From contig JBNZDD010013549.1 in the NCBI GenBank assembly GCA_050575255.1, positions 677,283 through 741,282 on the forward strand: a stretch of DNA of 64,000 bases, read 5' to 3'. The DNA is from Harriotta raleighana (Eukaryota). Position numbers and translations under genes: made by a program. The notes beneath the pieces are model-generated. The model was not told the origin of the DNA and made no database searches. It was given only the letters and a program-made list of their open reading frames with translations. Of this stretch, positions 1 through 38,500 are shown piece by piece; the first letter of the stretch is position 1; every line of letters begins with the position of its first letter.

Positions 1-528
1 CAGATCAAAAGCTCCTTTATAGAGACCTAACATTGCAGCCTTTCAAGCACTTCCATTTTTGTAAGAATTTCTAAAGTGTAAATGCCTGCCTGATGTTAGG
101 TCATCTGTTATATTTTATTCTCTTCCCCACATTGGGCAGATGGATGGTAGTCTAAACCAGAGCTTTCTAGACTCCCACCATCAACATCACTCGATGATAA
201 GCTGTCAGGAGGTGACACTGAGATAGGGGACACCTTAAGGCAGTTCTTCCTCNGTCATCTGTTATATTTTATTCTCTTCCCCACATTGGGCAGATGGATG
301 GTACAGTCTAAACCAGAGCTTTCTAGACTCCCACCATCAATATCACTCGATGATAAGCTATCAGGAGGTGACACTGAGATAGGGGACACCTTAGTGCTCC
401 TTTGGGGACTGATCAACTCGATATAAACTGATTGGAGCATCAAGCAGCTTGTGACTTAGCTGCAAAGGACTTTTTTTGAGCCCATCCAATAACGCAGAGA
501 GTAAAGACAAATGCAAACAAAATTAACT

Positions 529-534
529 TTTATT
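529..534 (-). terminator. Candidate distal polyadenylation signal AATAAA
   Basis: Minus strand reads ...AATATAATAAAAGTTAATTTTGTTTGCATTTGTCTTT, a hexamer followed by a U/GU-rich downstream element. Confidence 0.5.
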
Positions 535-1226
535 ATATTTTGGCATGTGTTCCTTGAAAGCACATACTAGACTTCATTGTTGCAAAAGAATTCAACTACA
601 GGCAACACAATCTTTTCTTACATATCCTGGCAGAAAAAAAAAAGCTCCTTTCACAGAAAGGATTATTTACAGTTTGTGCAATCATCATTTTAAAGGATAT
701 AAAATGTTACAATGTTTGATATATTGTTGTCCTTTTTTTTTAAAAATAAAAAAAAACTAATGAATAAATCCTAGTTTGGGAATAAATAACCAATTCAATC
801 TTTCACTACAGTCCAAATGTCGTAAAACATGCTGGACAAAACTCAAATTATTAGGTCCAATTTATATAAAGCCCAGGAAAATAATTAACAAAAAAAAACT
901 AAATACATAACTGAAAGGGATGTGGCCTTATTTTGTCAGTCTAACCAGTTTATTGGTTATTTTAAAAAAATGTTCTAAACATAATAAATCTTCCCCAGGA
1001 GGAATTTAAAAAGGATGTACCTGGAGACCAATGTAACACAAAACCTCTCCCTACATTGGCCCATCCTATTGCTGTAACCTACTTGCAATTAGTTGTGGAT
1101 TAGCAGGGAATGAGTCATAACTGGCGCACTTTCCACAGGTTATAAATCTCAAACGTGAGTCTATTTATACCACAGACAATCCATCGAATTTTATTTAATT
1201 TTGTGTGTTAAATCAGATTTTAAATC

Positions 1227-1254
<28 letters not shown>
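1227..1254 (+). repeat. (ATTT)7 microsatellite; other simple repeats: CA-rich 4163-4219, (TA)n 8188-8223, (TG)n 43876-43900 and 47917-47948, (CAA)n 49875-49898
   Basis: Seen directly. Confidence 0.9.
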
Positions 1255-1257
<3 letters not shown>

Positions 1258-2098
1258 AAAAAAATTACGTGGAATTCTCCCAGTTGATCCAATTGATCTG
1301 CCAATAGATAACACATAAGTACTCCAATTCCTAATCTTTTTAACGACGAGTTTTCCCAAGAGCTCAAGAAATGCCCCAAAATGGTGTGCGAGGGACCATC
1401 TTTCGCTGACAAAGTGACACATCATTAGCAACTCGCAGCTAGGACAAACCCAACAGTCAGAAACATACATTTTAAAAGAGGTTCTTTCCAAGGATCACAC
1501 CACAGGGGGTTGGTGCTGCGCCCGATTTGGGCTTCGGATCCGATGGTAATTACCAGTTAACCCAGACAGAGCTGAGCTACAATAATACTTCCCGTTTTAG
1601 ATTCTACAAAAGATTGATCGGTTGTGGGGGTTCGTTTTGAACAAACGCGGGTCAGTTCACTTGCATTGCAATCAGTTCCCATTCATAGATTTCTGTCAGA
1701 TGAAGCTAGGCATTTACTGCATTTGACTTATGCTGGCACACACAAAATAACAAAATGTACATTTTAACTGGATAGCAAGAACTGCTCTAGTGGGGATTCG
1801 CTTCTGCGATCCCTAAAGACAGCTGCTTAAGCTTCTGTTTTGAATTGTTACTTGATTCTGGTGCATTCCTCTTGACATGCAGAACTAGTACAGAATTTTG
1901 GCAGTTCTCTATATGCATAATCCTGCATTCTCCGACATGCACGCTAAAGACCAAAGCCAATTGTTTTACTCTACCCTGGGATAGCTTGTGGAGATGCTGG
2001 ATTCTTTCTGCCCCAGCATTTTCTGTTAACCACCTCACCTCCATTAAAAACAGGTTGGTTTTCAATCTTGCCCTCCCTTCCCCCATCTCGCCCATGCC

Positions 2099-2173
2099 AG
2101 CACCTTGGGATGTCCTCCTGACGTGAAAGGCGCTCTATAAATGTAGTTTTGTGGTTGTTGTTGTTGTTGTTGT
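2099..2173 (+). mobile_element. L2 tail-only insertion within the putative 3' UTR; similar tails at about 15519-15597(-), 16716-16763(-), 24742-24870(-), 26359-26427(-), 57322-57390(+), 61277-61332(-)
   Basis: CACCTTGGGATGTCCTCCTGACGTGAAAGGCGCTCTATAAATGTAGTTTTG(TTG)n. Confidence 0.8.
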
Positions 2174-4852
2174 ATTATGAGAGAGAATCCCACAAGTTCA
2201 CGTTGAATCCGCACCACATTTCCAAAAGGTAACACACAACTGTGAATGGTAATGTTCACAATCCAGGTTCAAATCTGGATTCATGACAAAAACGCCTCTC
2301 ACATTCTTCATACGACGGAAGTCGTACACAGTCACTGAGCAGCTTTGTGTTGATTCCATAACCAAGCAAAATTACTACGTGGATATTTGCCAGCTTGCCT
2401 GCTAATGGCCTCTGTTTAAAAGGACACTTGGTTAGTTGCCACACCTTTGTGCTGTTATTGTTAGTGTTATCACATCATAAACTCATCAACGATAGGAGAG
2501 TGTTAAGGGGTATTTGGCATAAATGATCAAACAGGAAGTTAACCTTAAATTATCAGGTGAGCATTTAAACCACAGCTACAGGTTTGATCTAACATCGGGA
2601 CAGTTTGAGCAAGATGATAGCAGTCACTGGTTGCTTTCAATTCTCAGCAGTGAAGTCTCACACTGGTTAGCCAGTGACCTTAACAGAAAGGCTTCAAACC
2701 TCGTCCAGAGAAGAGGTTTGAAATCCCATCCGTAACTACCCAGTGAGGCAGTGTAAACAGTGGCCCAAATGATTCATGTATTGGTGGCAGAATCAGTGAA
2801 GAGGTTTAGCCTTGTGGAAATGAACAGAATCACGGTTGAGAACCGTATCGGAAATTTTCATGTGAAGTGACAATTGCCCACCTCGAGTCCTGTAGAGATG
2901 TTAGAAATCTTCACACGATAGGAGAGAGAGCAGAAGTCACTAATCCTGAATCTCCACAGAGTCTCAACCCACATACTTCCTCCACAACAGTTTTCCTTTA
3001 CAATTAGAATCCCATTGAACTATCTTTGAACGTATCAGTTTATAATACTGTGTTATGATAGCTAAGGATTGTCATAATACTGCTAAAAGTTGCTTTTTGA
3101 CATCTACTTGCTTAATATAATTTCATGTAAAAATATCAGTTATATAAAAATACCAATAAAAACATATTTCATATCAAAAAATATTTTACGAAACTATTCC
3201 AGTTGCAGAAATCGCAGCTAAATGTTAAAATATGGCAGTTGGTAATGGGTTGCAAAAGACTGTGTATCAGAATGGAAATGTTAGTCACTTGGTAATCAAG
3301 CAAGCATGTCTCACCAATTTAATCTCAACCTAAAAAGTTCACTTCTGCTTCAGAGACAGCGAAAATATTACCTGTTGTTAATTAAATGTATAAGGTTTCC
3401 TGTAACATATTCAATTAATTCCCTTGTCATCTATTATGTTCATCTGATAGGGTGAACTCTTTATACTCCTGTTTATGGGGACCTTGCTGATTCTGGAACT
3501 GCAGACCCTTCATTAATAGGCTCTGCTCATTACTCAGCTGTTTCGTCATTCAAACTCAAAGGAAAGCTTGATCCAGTTTAGATCACTTTCTGGCGGAAAA
3601 TCAAACTCCAAATTGACATTTATTCACACCGACCCGACCTGTGCTCCTCAAAACACTCGGTAATACAAGATCAAATGCAACAGAAATGTGGATCAAATGA
3701 CTGAATATAAATGAATGTGTCCTTCCTTTCTGTACTGGTTTTGGTAGAAGTGACCATGAAGCCCGTGGAATCCATGGAACTTAAAAGAGAGTCCGTTTGC
3801 ACTGACCACCAATCAACTCTTTGACAAACTGGTCACATAAACCACCGTTCTCTCTCACACAACACTGACAGGCCCCTGACCCACAAATACAGAAAACCAT
3901 CACTCTCTTTACTCTTATCGAGAACTTAGCAGTTACTGGAACTGTCGCAAAACCCAGTCAGGTGAACGCTGGCAATATATCTGCAGTTCCCCATTTCACC
4001 AAAAAACAACTTAGCGACCCTGCATTCTGTAGTCAAATTATGATTCATATAAGACAATTATTTATTGCCCACAGGATCCGTTACTTTGGTATGTAAGAAC
4101 CCGGGTTACATCATTGGGTGGGAATGACAGCCAATGGGACATTGTTGATTGTCACTGCAGGTGACACACTCACACACACACATACTCACACACACACAGA
4201 CACACTCACACAGACACATAGCAAACAAAAATAAAGGCACCAAAAAGATTCAGAAATTTAAATGAAGGAGCATGATGTTGCAGAGTTCACAGTACCTAAG
4301 GCCAGGCCCACATCTCCATTGAAACTCTTGGAAAACGTTGATCAACAACATAGTAATTGCACGTCTAACACACAATTGCTAAGAACCCTAAGGGTTTCCT
4401 AAACAGCTTTCGAATGATCTTTGATTTTTAAAAACGTTTGTGTTTGTATGAATATCTCGGTTTGTGTAATACTGAGTTGTAATACTCCAAACATCGTGGA
4501 TTTGCTGCATCCACAGAATAGTCAATGTGCAAAGACTTTTCACTGGCTAGTTGATAGGTGAATCTTCTTTTCTGTGTCTCTCAAAAATATACACATCCTC
4601 ATCACAGTTCTGATTCTTATTTAACACATCTCTTTGGCTTCTTGGCGTCCATTGCTTTTTATCACTTGTTTTTGTTCAGAAACCTGGAAGAACCGCAGGA
4701 TATATACTGTCTGCTTATCGGGCTCGTCAAGATTCTCAGCTTGGCACTGAAGCTCAGGCAATGGCTTTGGAAGGTCATTGTGAATGACGTAGGCAGCCAG
4801 GCCTACAGTACAGTACAGTACAACAACTCGATGCATAGTTGAAGCTCAGTGT

Positions 4853-28535
<23,683 letters not shown>

Positions 28536-31500
28536 TCATCATACGCTTCGTAGGAGGCAGGGCGGATCTGCATGTGTCATTACACTCCCTGGAGCTGGAT
28601 AGGAGGGAAAGGTTGTATATTATTACTATTGTCGTCGTCAAGCAGGAAATGCCCAAACAAATGTTACACTGTAATTTCATGAATATTTCTTGGGCATGCC
28701 GAGACACAACCGTAGAATTGAATGCTGCTGAATTTACACTGAACTGACAAGGGATCGTTCGTTTAAAGGCCAGTCTTAGGAATGCTTGAATTAGATCGCA
28801 GCAGAAAAATCAGCGACATCATTGTTAATGAAGTGCACTTCAATAAACTTGTTAACACTTCACACGAGCCAACAGAGAGCTGTTTACAACTGGATTTCTA
28901 AAACTTCACATTGAAAGGAAATGTTATGAAGCTGGTATGTGGAGAAAGGGAGTTAATCAAAGGCTGCTCATTAGGGCAAAAGGATTTTCTTAGTGGAGAA
29001 GCCTCTTTGACAGAATGCCAGAAAACTCGACGTGTGTGGAAGGCACTAAACTCAATACGGTTGTTTTGAACTTCGAAAAGTGTGTCTTTGCTGGTCGGAA
29101 AGTGAATACAATACCTAAAGTATTGGAGTGAAAGAAACATTCTCCAGTGAAAAATCTTCAGGGTCAGTGACTTTGTGACTCCTACTCTCTTGATTTATTT
29201 CAGAAACAACAACAGCAAAACTACACAAGAACCTCAGCAAACAAATGGTTCTTTCCACAGCAATGAACTGGAGTACAGAACAATCATTAAAAACTGTGGT
29301 AACCAGTGTGTAACAACCTCCTTAAAGTGAACTTAGTGTTGCTAAAAGTTTACGAATGGTCCTCAACTCTGTAGCCTGCAACATTTACTACAGATGGCTT
29401 GAATTCTGAGACAGTGGGTGTTAATGGATTCTCAAAGTATCTTCTGTAGGCTGGAGAAAACAGCCCTTCTATTTATAAAGTTATTGAAAAAAAAGTACAG
29501 TCAATTCATCGATTTTTTTTTTCTTCAAAACTTCAGTTACTCTCTCAGTTTTCAGACCGAGTGATCTGAAGTGCCATTAAAACAGCGATGGCTTCACTTG
29601 GACAACGAAGGAACAATTTAAACAAACAGCGACCACTCTGGCAAAATGTTCTTAATTAAAGCCAGCTTCATCTTAAATCCAAGCAAATCCAATATATAAG
29701 ATTGCTGATTTACCAGTGAGTTACTAACTAGACCCACATCACAGTTCTGATGTTAGGGACCTCATCTTACTCCAATACAAAAAGGATTGAAAAAAAAACC
29801 TTTACTTACTTTTTGTAAGAAAACAGTAGTGAAAAAACAAATATTACATTCACAAAGTCCAGGAGAGAGATTCCTTAGTGATTTAATATTGATGTACCAA
29901 CCCCCATCCTCCCACCAACATTGCTTCGTAGAATCATCTTAGAACCGTGTAAATTTAAAATCCAAACATGGATTGAGCCCACAACCTTCTAACTCAAGAG
30001 GTTTGGAAAGCAACCAATGGAGCCAGATTGACCCAATACTGTCTAATGAAACAATAAACCTCACCTCAAACCCCAAGCAATGTTTCCAATAAGAAAAACA
30101 TTTACAAAGGGGTAAAATATTCAGTATCTGTTTGAAGAAGAAAAAATAATTACCCTGATCAAACTACAGTCCTGTACTAGTAAAATAATATTTGACTGCC
30201 AGATGATTCAGATGACACAGATTTTCCTGCAAGCAGTTGGTATACATTATGTTTATCCCAATGGGGATCTTAGAGCCTGTATTTTTTCTCTCAAATTTCT
30301 GTATGGGCCTCGCTCCATTGCCTTCTGAATTCCCACAGCTGAACTGTTGGCTTCCCTGCGATCAACACATTAATCTTCGCACCCAGGTGACAAAAGAAAA
30401 CCTGCCAACCTCGCACAAGATATTAACTACGTGGATGATGTCAAAGGCAACAATATTGGCACCCGCATGCCAAACAAAGATAACTTTCTGCGTTGAACCA
30501 ATGTACGGCGTTAAACGGATCACCAAATTGAATTCGTGACAATCTTGCAGACCTGAAAAATATTATCCTCGAAGGTTGTGAAAGTCTTCCGCTTTAAATG
30601 TCTGAAGAATGAAAGGATTTCATGGACAAGTAGTGCTGCAGTAAGGAGAATTCCTTTCAAACACCGCTCCTAATTTACATAATGAAATCTATGTATCCAG
30701 GGTGTACAGAAAAGCACTCGGTTGATTGATGCAAAGTCTGTTCAATGATTGATTCAAGTGTCAATGAAAGTTGAGTAACTGGCAGGTTTGCATATAAAGT
30801 TGGAAGTTATAGCTACTTTTTGCTTTAATGGTTCATTTTCAGAAGCTATCATCTGTTCCGGTTAGGTTAGCATGTTCTCTGGAACTTCTGATCTTCTGTA
30901 AGTAACTGATAAGATCCAACTTAATCTCACTCATCCCACACAATAGGTTCAGGCCTGACAAAACTGATAAAACCATTGGTTATACCAGTTCTGACTGTTA
31001 GTGAAACCAAGGAAATATTTGCTTCCTTCAGTTTGTTTTCTTTGTAATTTTTAACTAAAGGCCTTGCTCCATATATTTTATTCGTGTCACTTTGGCTAAA
31101 TAAAGGGCAGACCCATCGGCGTACGAACACACACACACACACACCTGGATTTAACGATATTAGAGCAGCGTTTACAATAATCCAATAGTTTTAGCATTGT
31201 GTATTTTGTGTGTAAAGAATATATCAAATGCAAGGATTATTATTATTCTAATGAAGTTCCTTTACTAAAGGTTGTTCAACTGGCTTTGACTGGTGATTAA
31301 CATTGCTGGATATTCAAATAACCTCACTCAATGTCTGGAGTTTGTGCTGAGTTCAACCAGCATCACTCATTTGTAGGACGTGGAAGGAGCAGGCCAGTCA
31401 CTTGGGACTGGGATTCTTCCACTTCCACTCTTAACGTTGCAAAACTAAATGCCTAACTAGCAGGGTGGTCTTGTCTGGACAAGCAGTGGAAAGCTTACAA

Positions 31501-32039
31501 GTGTTTACCCGTCATTTAAAATATTATAAAGGGAGATATCTGTCTATATATTTATTAAATCTAGTCACCATGCTGTATTTTAATGTTTAAAGTTGTTCAT
31601 TGGAAGCAGCCTGAGAAAAGGCATTTGATGTGGCATTCTCTACTCGTGGTGAATGGCGAATGCTGTGTTCATTCAGCATATTTCTCCAACAGAACTCCCA
31701 TTATATCATACCGGGGGAGGACTACAGAATGCTCTAACTAGAAGTTTTAAAGAATGAAGCTCAGCAACAAAGAATCATTGAGGCATAGAGATTTTTCAGC
31801 CGCCTCTTTTGTACATTAGCTTGTTCCTTCTGCCTGATTAGTAAGATATATTTAAACTTTTAAGAAAATGTTCAGTCCAAATCAAAGCTACTGATAAATT
31901 AGATGGCATCATTTGCATTACATAAGGAATTTATCACAAACCAAAACATGCTATTCTTGCTCTGGGAACTCAGTTTCATATCTACACAATGGGCAAATGT
32001 TGAGATCTTTTTGTGTTTAACTCCTCACCCACACAAGTA

Positions 32040-32585
32040 TCTACTCAGGTTCACAACTCTGCAGCCCGTGTCCTCTACCACTCGAAGATTCATGACCCCC
32101 ATCTCCCCCATCCTTGCCCAACTCCCATGGCTCCCCATTATCCAGAGGATTCAATTCAATCCATTGTTCCCCATCACCCAGAGGATTCATATTCAAAGCC
32201 TTCCATGGCCTCCCCCCACCCTACTTCTGCGACCTCCTAACTCCCTACTCCTAACTCCCTGCCCGCCCCCTCCGCTAGGCAAGCTCCGGCCTGCTCCATG
32301 TCCAACGATCCACCTGCCCCACCATTGGCGGGCGAGCCTTTACCCACTCTGCCCCCAACTTCTGGAACTCCATCCCGCAGTCCCTCTGTCTCCCTAGCTC
32401 CTTCTAGTTATGCCTCAAGACCCTCCTCTTCAATGGTCCCATCGGTCACCCTAAATCCTCCCGTTTCTCTCCCCCAGCCCCCGTTTCCCCCATCCCCAGC
32501 TTGGGTTTGAAACCAAGACTGTCCAGCGCCTTGGGACGTCCTCCTGAAGTGAAAGGCGCTACACAAGTGCAATTTTATTGTCGTT
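32040..32585 (+). mobile_element. 5'-truncated, decayed L2 LINE
   Basis: QVHNSAARVL / PILAQLPWLPIIQRIQF remnants; tail CAGCGCCTTGGGACGTCCTCCTGAAGTGAAAGGCGCT. Confidence 0.85.
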
Positions 32586-35500
32586 TATATAAGGTCCAGA
32601 GAAAAGCACTTGTACAGTCAGATAATAATAATAATCCTTGCATTTGATATACCGTCTTATCATGCCTTCGAGACGTCTCAAATGAATTTTGTGGGCGAAA
32701 AACGAGCAATATAAGGTAATCATAACTTATCGAAGCAGCCAAAATGGTCCATCCATTTAGTTGAATGGATGTGAGTCCTGCCGAATCTACCTGGAAATAA
32801 ATATGTCCCTTTTGAAACCATGAATATACAATACACTGTTACCAATGCATTCAAAATAATTTTTCTCTTTGGTAAAAATGACTTCGCCCACATTGCCCTT
32901 TCTTTCCTCAGCACTATCTCTGAGAAGAATAATGTCCCAGGAATTGAAAGCAAAAGTAGCAAATAGGAAAACATTTGGCTGTCAAACAGGATCAATCTTG
33001 TGTTAGATCGAGATTCTGATGGATTAAGGGTTTAGATTCTGGTAGATGGAAAAACACACAAGACCAGCCAATATGGTACCAACTCGTAGCAGTTCAAGAA
33101 AGGCAATAAAGAAACTGCAAGCAAAATGAATTTACTTCACAGCTTGGGAGATGACTGTAGGAAAAGGGCAGATTGATGAAAAATATCCAAGGACACAGAA
33201 CAAAAAAAGCCTTGAGAAAGAAACCAGGGAAAAGCACATCAGCCCTTAGAGAGGCTAAAAGGTTAAGTTACACACAGTCAAACATGAAAGCTTTGTAAAT
33301 ATATTCCCTGCGCAATATATAAAAACAATTCAATAAATCAAGAAATATTCTAATGTTAATGTGTGCTGTACTTGCAAGGAATGCGCACTCCATTCCTTCT
33401 ATTGATTTCAAGACTTATTTTACATTTCTCTGCGCCTTTTAGATGACACCAACCCTTCTGAACTTTTTGCCCAAGTAAACTAATGGTACTGTACTGGTTG
33501 GGAGGTGTGTTTCGCCAAAGACAATCCTCCAAAGTTACCGATTCACCGACAAGAGGTCCGGCAGAAGGAACACGGATGGCGGCAGAAAAAAGTTCATTGG
33601 AAAAATTCTATTGGGTGCGAACACACAGGAGCAGCTTTGATCGAAACAAGGATTAAAATGGGCAACACACATTCACGGTGGATCCTGTAACCCAAACAAT
33701 TCTTGGTGTTGACATGGTGGTTTTTCTCTTGTTCACTGTGACCTGAACTAATGTGCATTAAGGCGTTTCTGCGGCTGTCGCTTATGCGTTAAGACACCAC
33801 AGCTGTCTCTGTCATTTTCATTGACTGATTTGAGAATTGTACTCTTAACGTGGGATTTACTGAAGCTATTAGGATTGAAATTCTTGGTGTGAAACCAAGG
33901 TGGGCAGAGTTACAAGCTGACCTTGGACTGAACAAATTAGTAATAACAACTAAAGTAACATTGCAAACTATATTATCACTGGTAATAACACACAGTAACA
34001 GAACTACACCAAGTAGAAATATATAGACTTTGGATCGTCAGTTCTTCTCCCTATATTTCCTCAGCGAAACTGTTTGACAACATGTGGCATATTTCAGTGA
34101 TCAGTCAAGGACTGAAATTAATTCTTCACTGACCCCTATCAATACTGCTCTGGGTGTCAGCATTGTTCTGGTTCACGTTACAGAGGTAAGTGAATCTCTC
34201 AAACCCCGATGAGGCCTATCATTAGAAGAAGCCTGATGATTTGGTCATTGTTTGTCCAAACTCTGCTAAAACTTGATTTCCCACTGATCGGCATCTCAAA
34301 GGATTCTTATCATTATTATTACGACCATTTGGTGTGTAAGCTGTCACATTGCTGCTTCCACTGCTAAGCGACCCCAAGGGCAATACCCTCATGTCTTAGG
34401 TAGCTCAAACAGGCTTGCAAAACGCCCTGGAAAAAGTAAGCCCTTTGTACTGTGCAGTGTGACTTGTTTGGAAAACAGACTGAAAGGGCCATTGTTTTGC
34501 TGCAGGTTCGAGGAAGGATCAGGTTCGCATTCAGCTTATTGCAAAGTCAAAAACGATTAGCGTATTCCACAGTTCACCAGTTCCAACATGTGCACTGAAT
34601 ACACAGTTGTAAACACCTCCACAGTGATGGACACTATGCCTGCCTTATGATTTCAAATGCGGATTTAAAATTCCAGCCCCTCCCCCCACCCCCAAGCATT
34701 CGCGGTTTATAAATAGCGGAGATGCAAATTGCAATGAGTTCAGGTATCAGTTCAGATCAACTTCAATTTCTCTCTTAATAGGCCCAGTCCTGTACTTAAA
34801 AAAAAACAGTGGAGAGAAATCAACAACAATTTAACCTCTAGCATTAATCTCAAAATGATTTACAAAGATTAGGCATGGATAAATGGACCCAAAGCATTAA
34901 CTGGAAAATGATCAGTTTTTTTTTGCTTGCATCAGCAACCAAAGTGAAATGGATGGAAACAAACAATTACAATGAGTTTCCAACAGCAGCAATTTTGTTT
35001 TCTGCTCTTTCCTTATTTTATCTTCATGAAGCTGCACTGCATTGTAACAGGGTAGATTACTGGGATAATTTGTCAGTGGAAATGTTGGATATTTATGCTA
35101 CGAATCACCACGCCAAGCATCCTCATAACTGTAAATGTTAACTGGAGGGATTGGATTCCTAAAATTTTAAATTAGAGTAGTGCATGTCTTCGTCTGAAAA
35201 AATATTGTAGTCTTAACCATAGATGTAAGAGTATAGACTTCCAGAAGTTTACAAAATTCTTGAATATAGTCATCGTTTGGAAACCAGTTTTCCCAAATTA
35301 TCTATGAGATCTGTAGAAAGTGATCTTCCAAATCAAAACTGAATTTAAGAATTTCTCTAAATTTTTAAATGATCATACAAAATTTCAGGTCATGGAATAC
35401 AAAGTGAGAGGAACTCATATAGTCCGAATTCTCTCTCTCTCTCTCGCTCTCAGGTTAGAATGTAATTTTGTTGTTGTAGAGTCAGTTGTTTTTATGTAAT

Positions 35501-38500
35501 AGCTTTTGAAATGTACCTGAGAATGTATACACAACCCTGCTTGCTTTGTTACATGAATCAGTATTTAGATGGAAGTATTTTTAAACTATTCAAAGCACTG
35601 TAGGTAAATTGAGTGAGTGAGATAAAACACTTATCATTTCGCCTCTGAATTTGAAACTAGTCAAGATGGATTGAAAGTATCAGCTCTCTCTCCTACTTGC
35701 TGTATGGGAACCTCTGAGAAATCATCTTAGAAAGTTTCTTGTGGTTGCAGGCCGCAACCCCAAATTGGAACCAAAGGCAATATGACACACAGCATTATTT
35801 TTGTTTCACGTCAGCATTTACTCTTCCCAAGAAGCAATCCTAATCCAATTCTCTACTCTATCCCTGTACTACCGAGTACCCTTCCTCTGTTTTTGTTCTC
35901 TCTGCTTTCCCTGTTAAATATCTCTTAATGTACACGTGGTCAATGATAAATATTTGCACTTAATATGATATATTTCTGGTCAGGTGCCTCAAAGCTTTTC
36001 ACAGGATTGACTGTAATGTGTAGTGACTGTGTGTTGAAACAAGCCATCAAACTAATGATCTCCCTCATGGGGGAAGGTGTGGGAAGTACTGCAGCAAGAA
36101 TTGGGTGGATACAATNTTCACAGGATTGACTGTAATGTGTAGTGACTGTGTGTTGAAACAAGCCATTAAACTAATGATCTCCCTCATGGGGGAAGGTGTG
36201 GGAAGTACTGCAGCAAGAATTGGGTGGATACAACAACAACAATTTGCATTTCTATAGGCCCCTCCATAGCAAAGCCTCGGAAAAACTGATGTAGTCAATG
36301 AGTTCTTTGGAGGTTTGAGCTAAGACGCATTGTTCGGGCAGCACGACCTTATGTTATTATTCATCAATAAACATTCTGCAGAGTAACTTGAGTGACTTGA
36401 GATTGGATTTCGCCCCAAAATGGGGAAAACAAACTCGATTTGCCCGCCCTGACGTTGTTCGTGCTTCTTTTGTGAGCAATAAAAGCCACCCAGAATGCGT
36501 TTGGATAATCAGATCACGTCTGACCCAGCTTAAAAACTTTCATCTTCAAACTTACCACTCTGAAAAGCGTGCACACACCACTAATTTCCTGCAGTTAATG
36601 AGGATGCCTGACCAACAACAGCCACGGCCAAAGTGACAGCAAGGCGAGGATCAGTATTCGAACCATGACACCACAGAACTAGCCACATCATTGTAACATC
36701 TCTCAATGCATCAAACTCCATGATCGCATTCCTTGATTTTACAGAGGCCCGAAAGGACATGGTGCACTCCAATAAAGAACAGTTCATTTGCTTCAGCACA
36801 TGGCTGATATTTCAGGAATGTATTATTTCCAAAAGGACTTTCAAGCTATTCTTGACCCTTTGAATGGCAGACAGGAGCCCAGCTTAACATACAGGGCTGA
36901 AATCTAACTGTTACTACATACCTTTATAACATTTAAACGATACCGAAAGCTTGCTGAGATTCTTTTTAGAAGAACGCTTGAGCAATAAAGTCAAAAAGCG
37001 AAGAAAATTGCATTGATTTTTTATCAAGATTCTACATCAAAAGCACCGCTCTGCTTCAGAAGCCTAATAAGCGAGTACCTTAGCATGCAGCAGCACAGAC
37101 TGAAGCAAGCTTCGTTATTTCTGTTTGTCTCTGACACTGTCACTGCCGTGTTTTGCTATCCAGGTCTGCTCCCACCGGGACAATATCTCGTGTGACAAGG
37201 AGGGAAGACAGTTATTTTTACAGTGCCCCTTATATGACAAGGGAAGAAAAAAAAAAGCCAGCTTGAATCATCTTTACATCGGTCTGCGTGTGACAGGGCT
37301 ATTTTTAACTACATACTGCCTATTTAAATAGCCTCTCGCTACCTCCCATTCGATGCAGTGTAGTGTTACAATGCCCGCGTGTAATGCGAACGGTCGTGTT
37401 TCAAATAGGATAGCTGTTGAATTAGGCTTATCGCATCTCAATGTTCGCCACGTTATCCTTTGCCATTCAAGTGCTCAAAAATAGCTCTAAAAGTCCCATT
37501 GAAAATAAGAAATTCTTGAAATATCTGAATCGCAAACGGTTCGGCCTCTGCTTCGACATCAGCAAGGCTGCTCTGTACTCAGCTGGAGCAGCCAATTACG
37601 CTGCATAGTATTCTAGAGCTGAGAGCGTATATAGATAGCCCTGACAGCACGGACCTTTTTACAATATGCCCAAAGTCCCCAAACACTTTCCAGTGGTCTA
37701 TTTGTGGACGTCCTGTTTATGGCGTTTCCATGCCCAAAATATAAACAGGACGTGAAGTGCCACGAAAACAAAATCAGCGGATTTTGTCTGCTGATTGACT
37801 TGGCCGATGGGGAGTGCTCAGTTGGATTCAATTTTTGCCCTATTGGAAATGAGGAAGAATATACTGGAAAGTGAACTGACTCTATATTTGTGGGAGAAAC
37901 GCGGCAGCCAATTACACTCAGCAGTGTCCCACAGAACAGTCGTGGATTGAAATAAACAATTTATTTGTGAGGGAATATTATTATTATTATGATGATGATA
38001 AATTGACACTGGCATTTGATTCAGGACCTTATCATATCAAAGCACCTCAAGAGAGCTTGTGAGACTGAATATCTTTACTTCCAGGCTATGTACATTTTAT
38101 CATGTAGGCCAAGGTGATGATTAGTCAATGAGATGAATGACAAAAGCATCTGGATTTCTTTTTAAGGTGAATATTCTCCCCAGGAATGGCCCATCCACAG
38201 ATGGGATACGAATGATGTAAAACAGACTGAGACAAAACCGCATAAAATGCGAACGTAGTTTAGTTGTATTCAGTTGTGTTTTAGGATTGTGTTTTCAGGT
38301 AGAAATCGCTGGGTGAAAAATGAAGATAGATTTTTTTTCCCCATACATTCATCAATTCATAGTTGTCAGCTCCACGTACATGCCTTGCAACTACAAGCCT
38401 CTGTTACAAATGTTATAGTGGCCCGTCACATTGTAAACAAACCACCACAGTCAAGTTGATGTGTTCAACCCCACAAAGATAGCTCAATACTGAAACTACA

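Larger units (their letters stand above)
510..4852 (-). other. FRMD6: Probable long (~4.3 kb) FRMD6 3' UTR
   Basis: U-rich, UTR-like composition on the minus strand (e.g. 3040-3200, 530-960); Pumilio-type TGTAAATA at 664-671; distal AATAAA at 529-534. The end point is inferred without transcript data. Confidence 0.5.

Noticed and set aside
255-443. 62-aa minus-strand Ser-rich ORF beyond the FRMD6 3' end
   Set aside because: No recognisable homology, non-ATG start in the track, and it lies in an N-joined duplicate whose other copy has a frameshifting indel.
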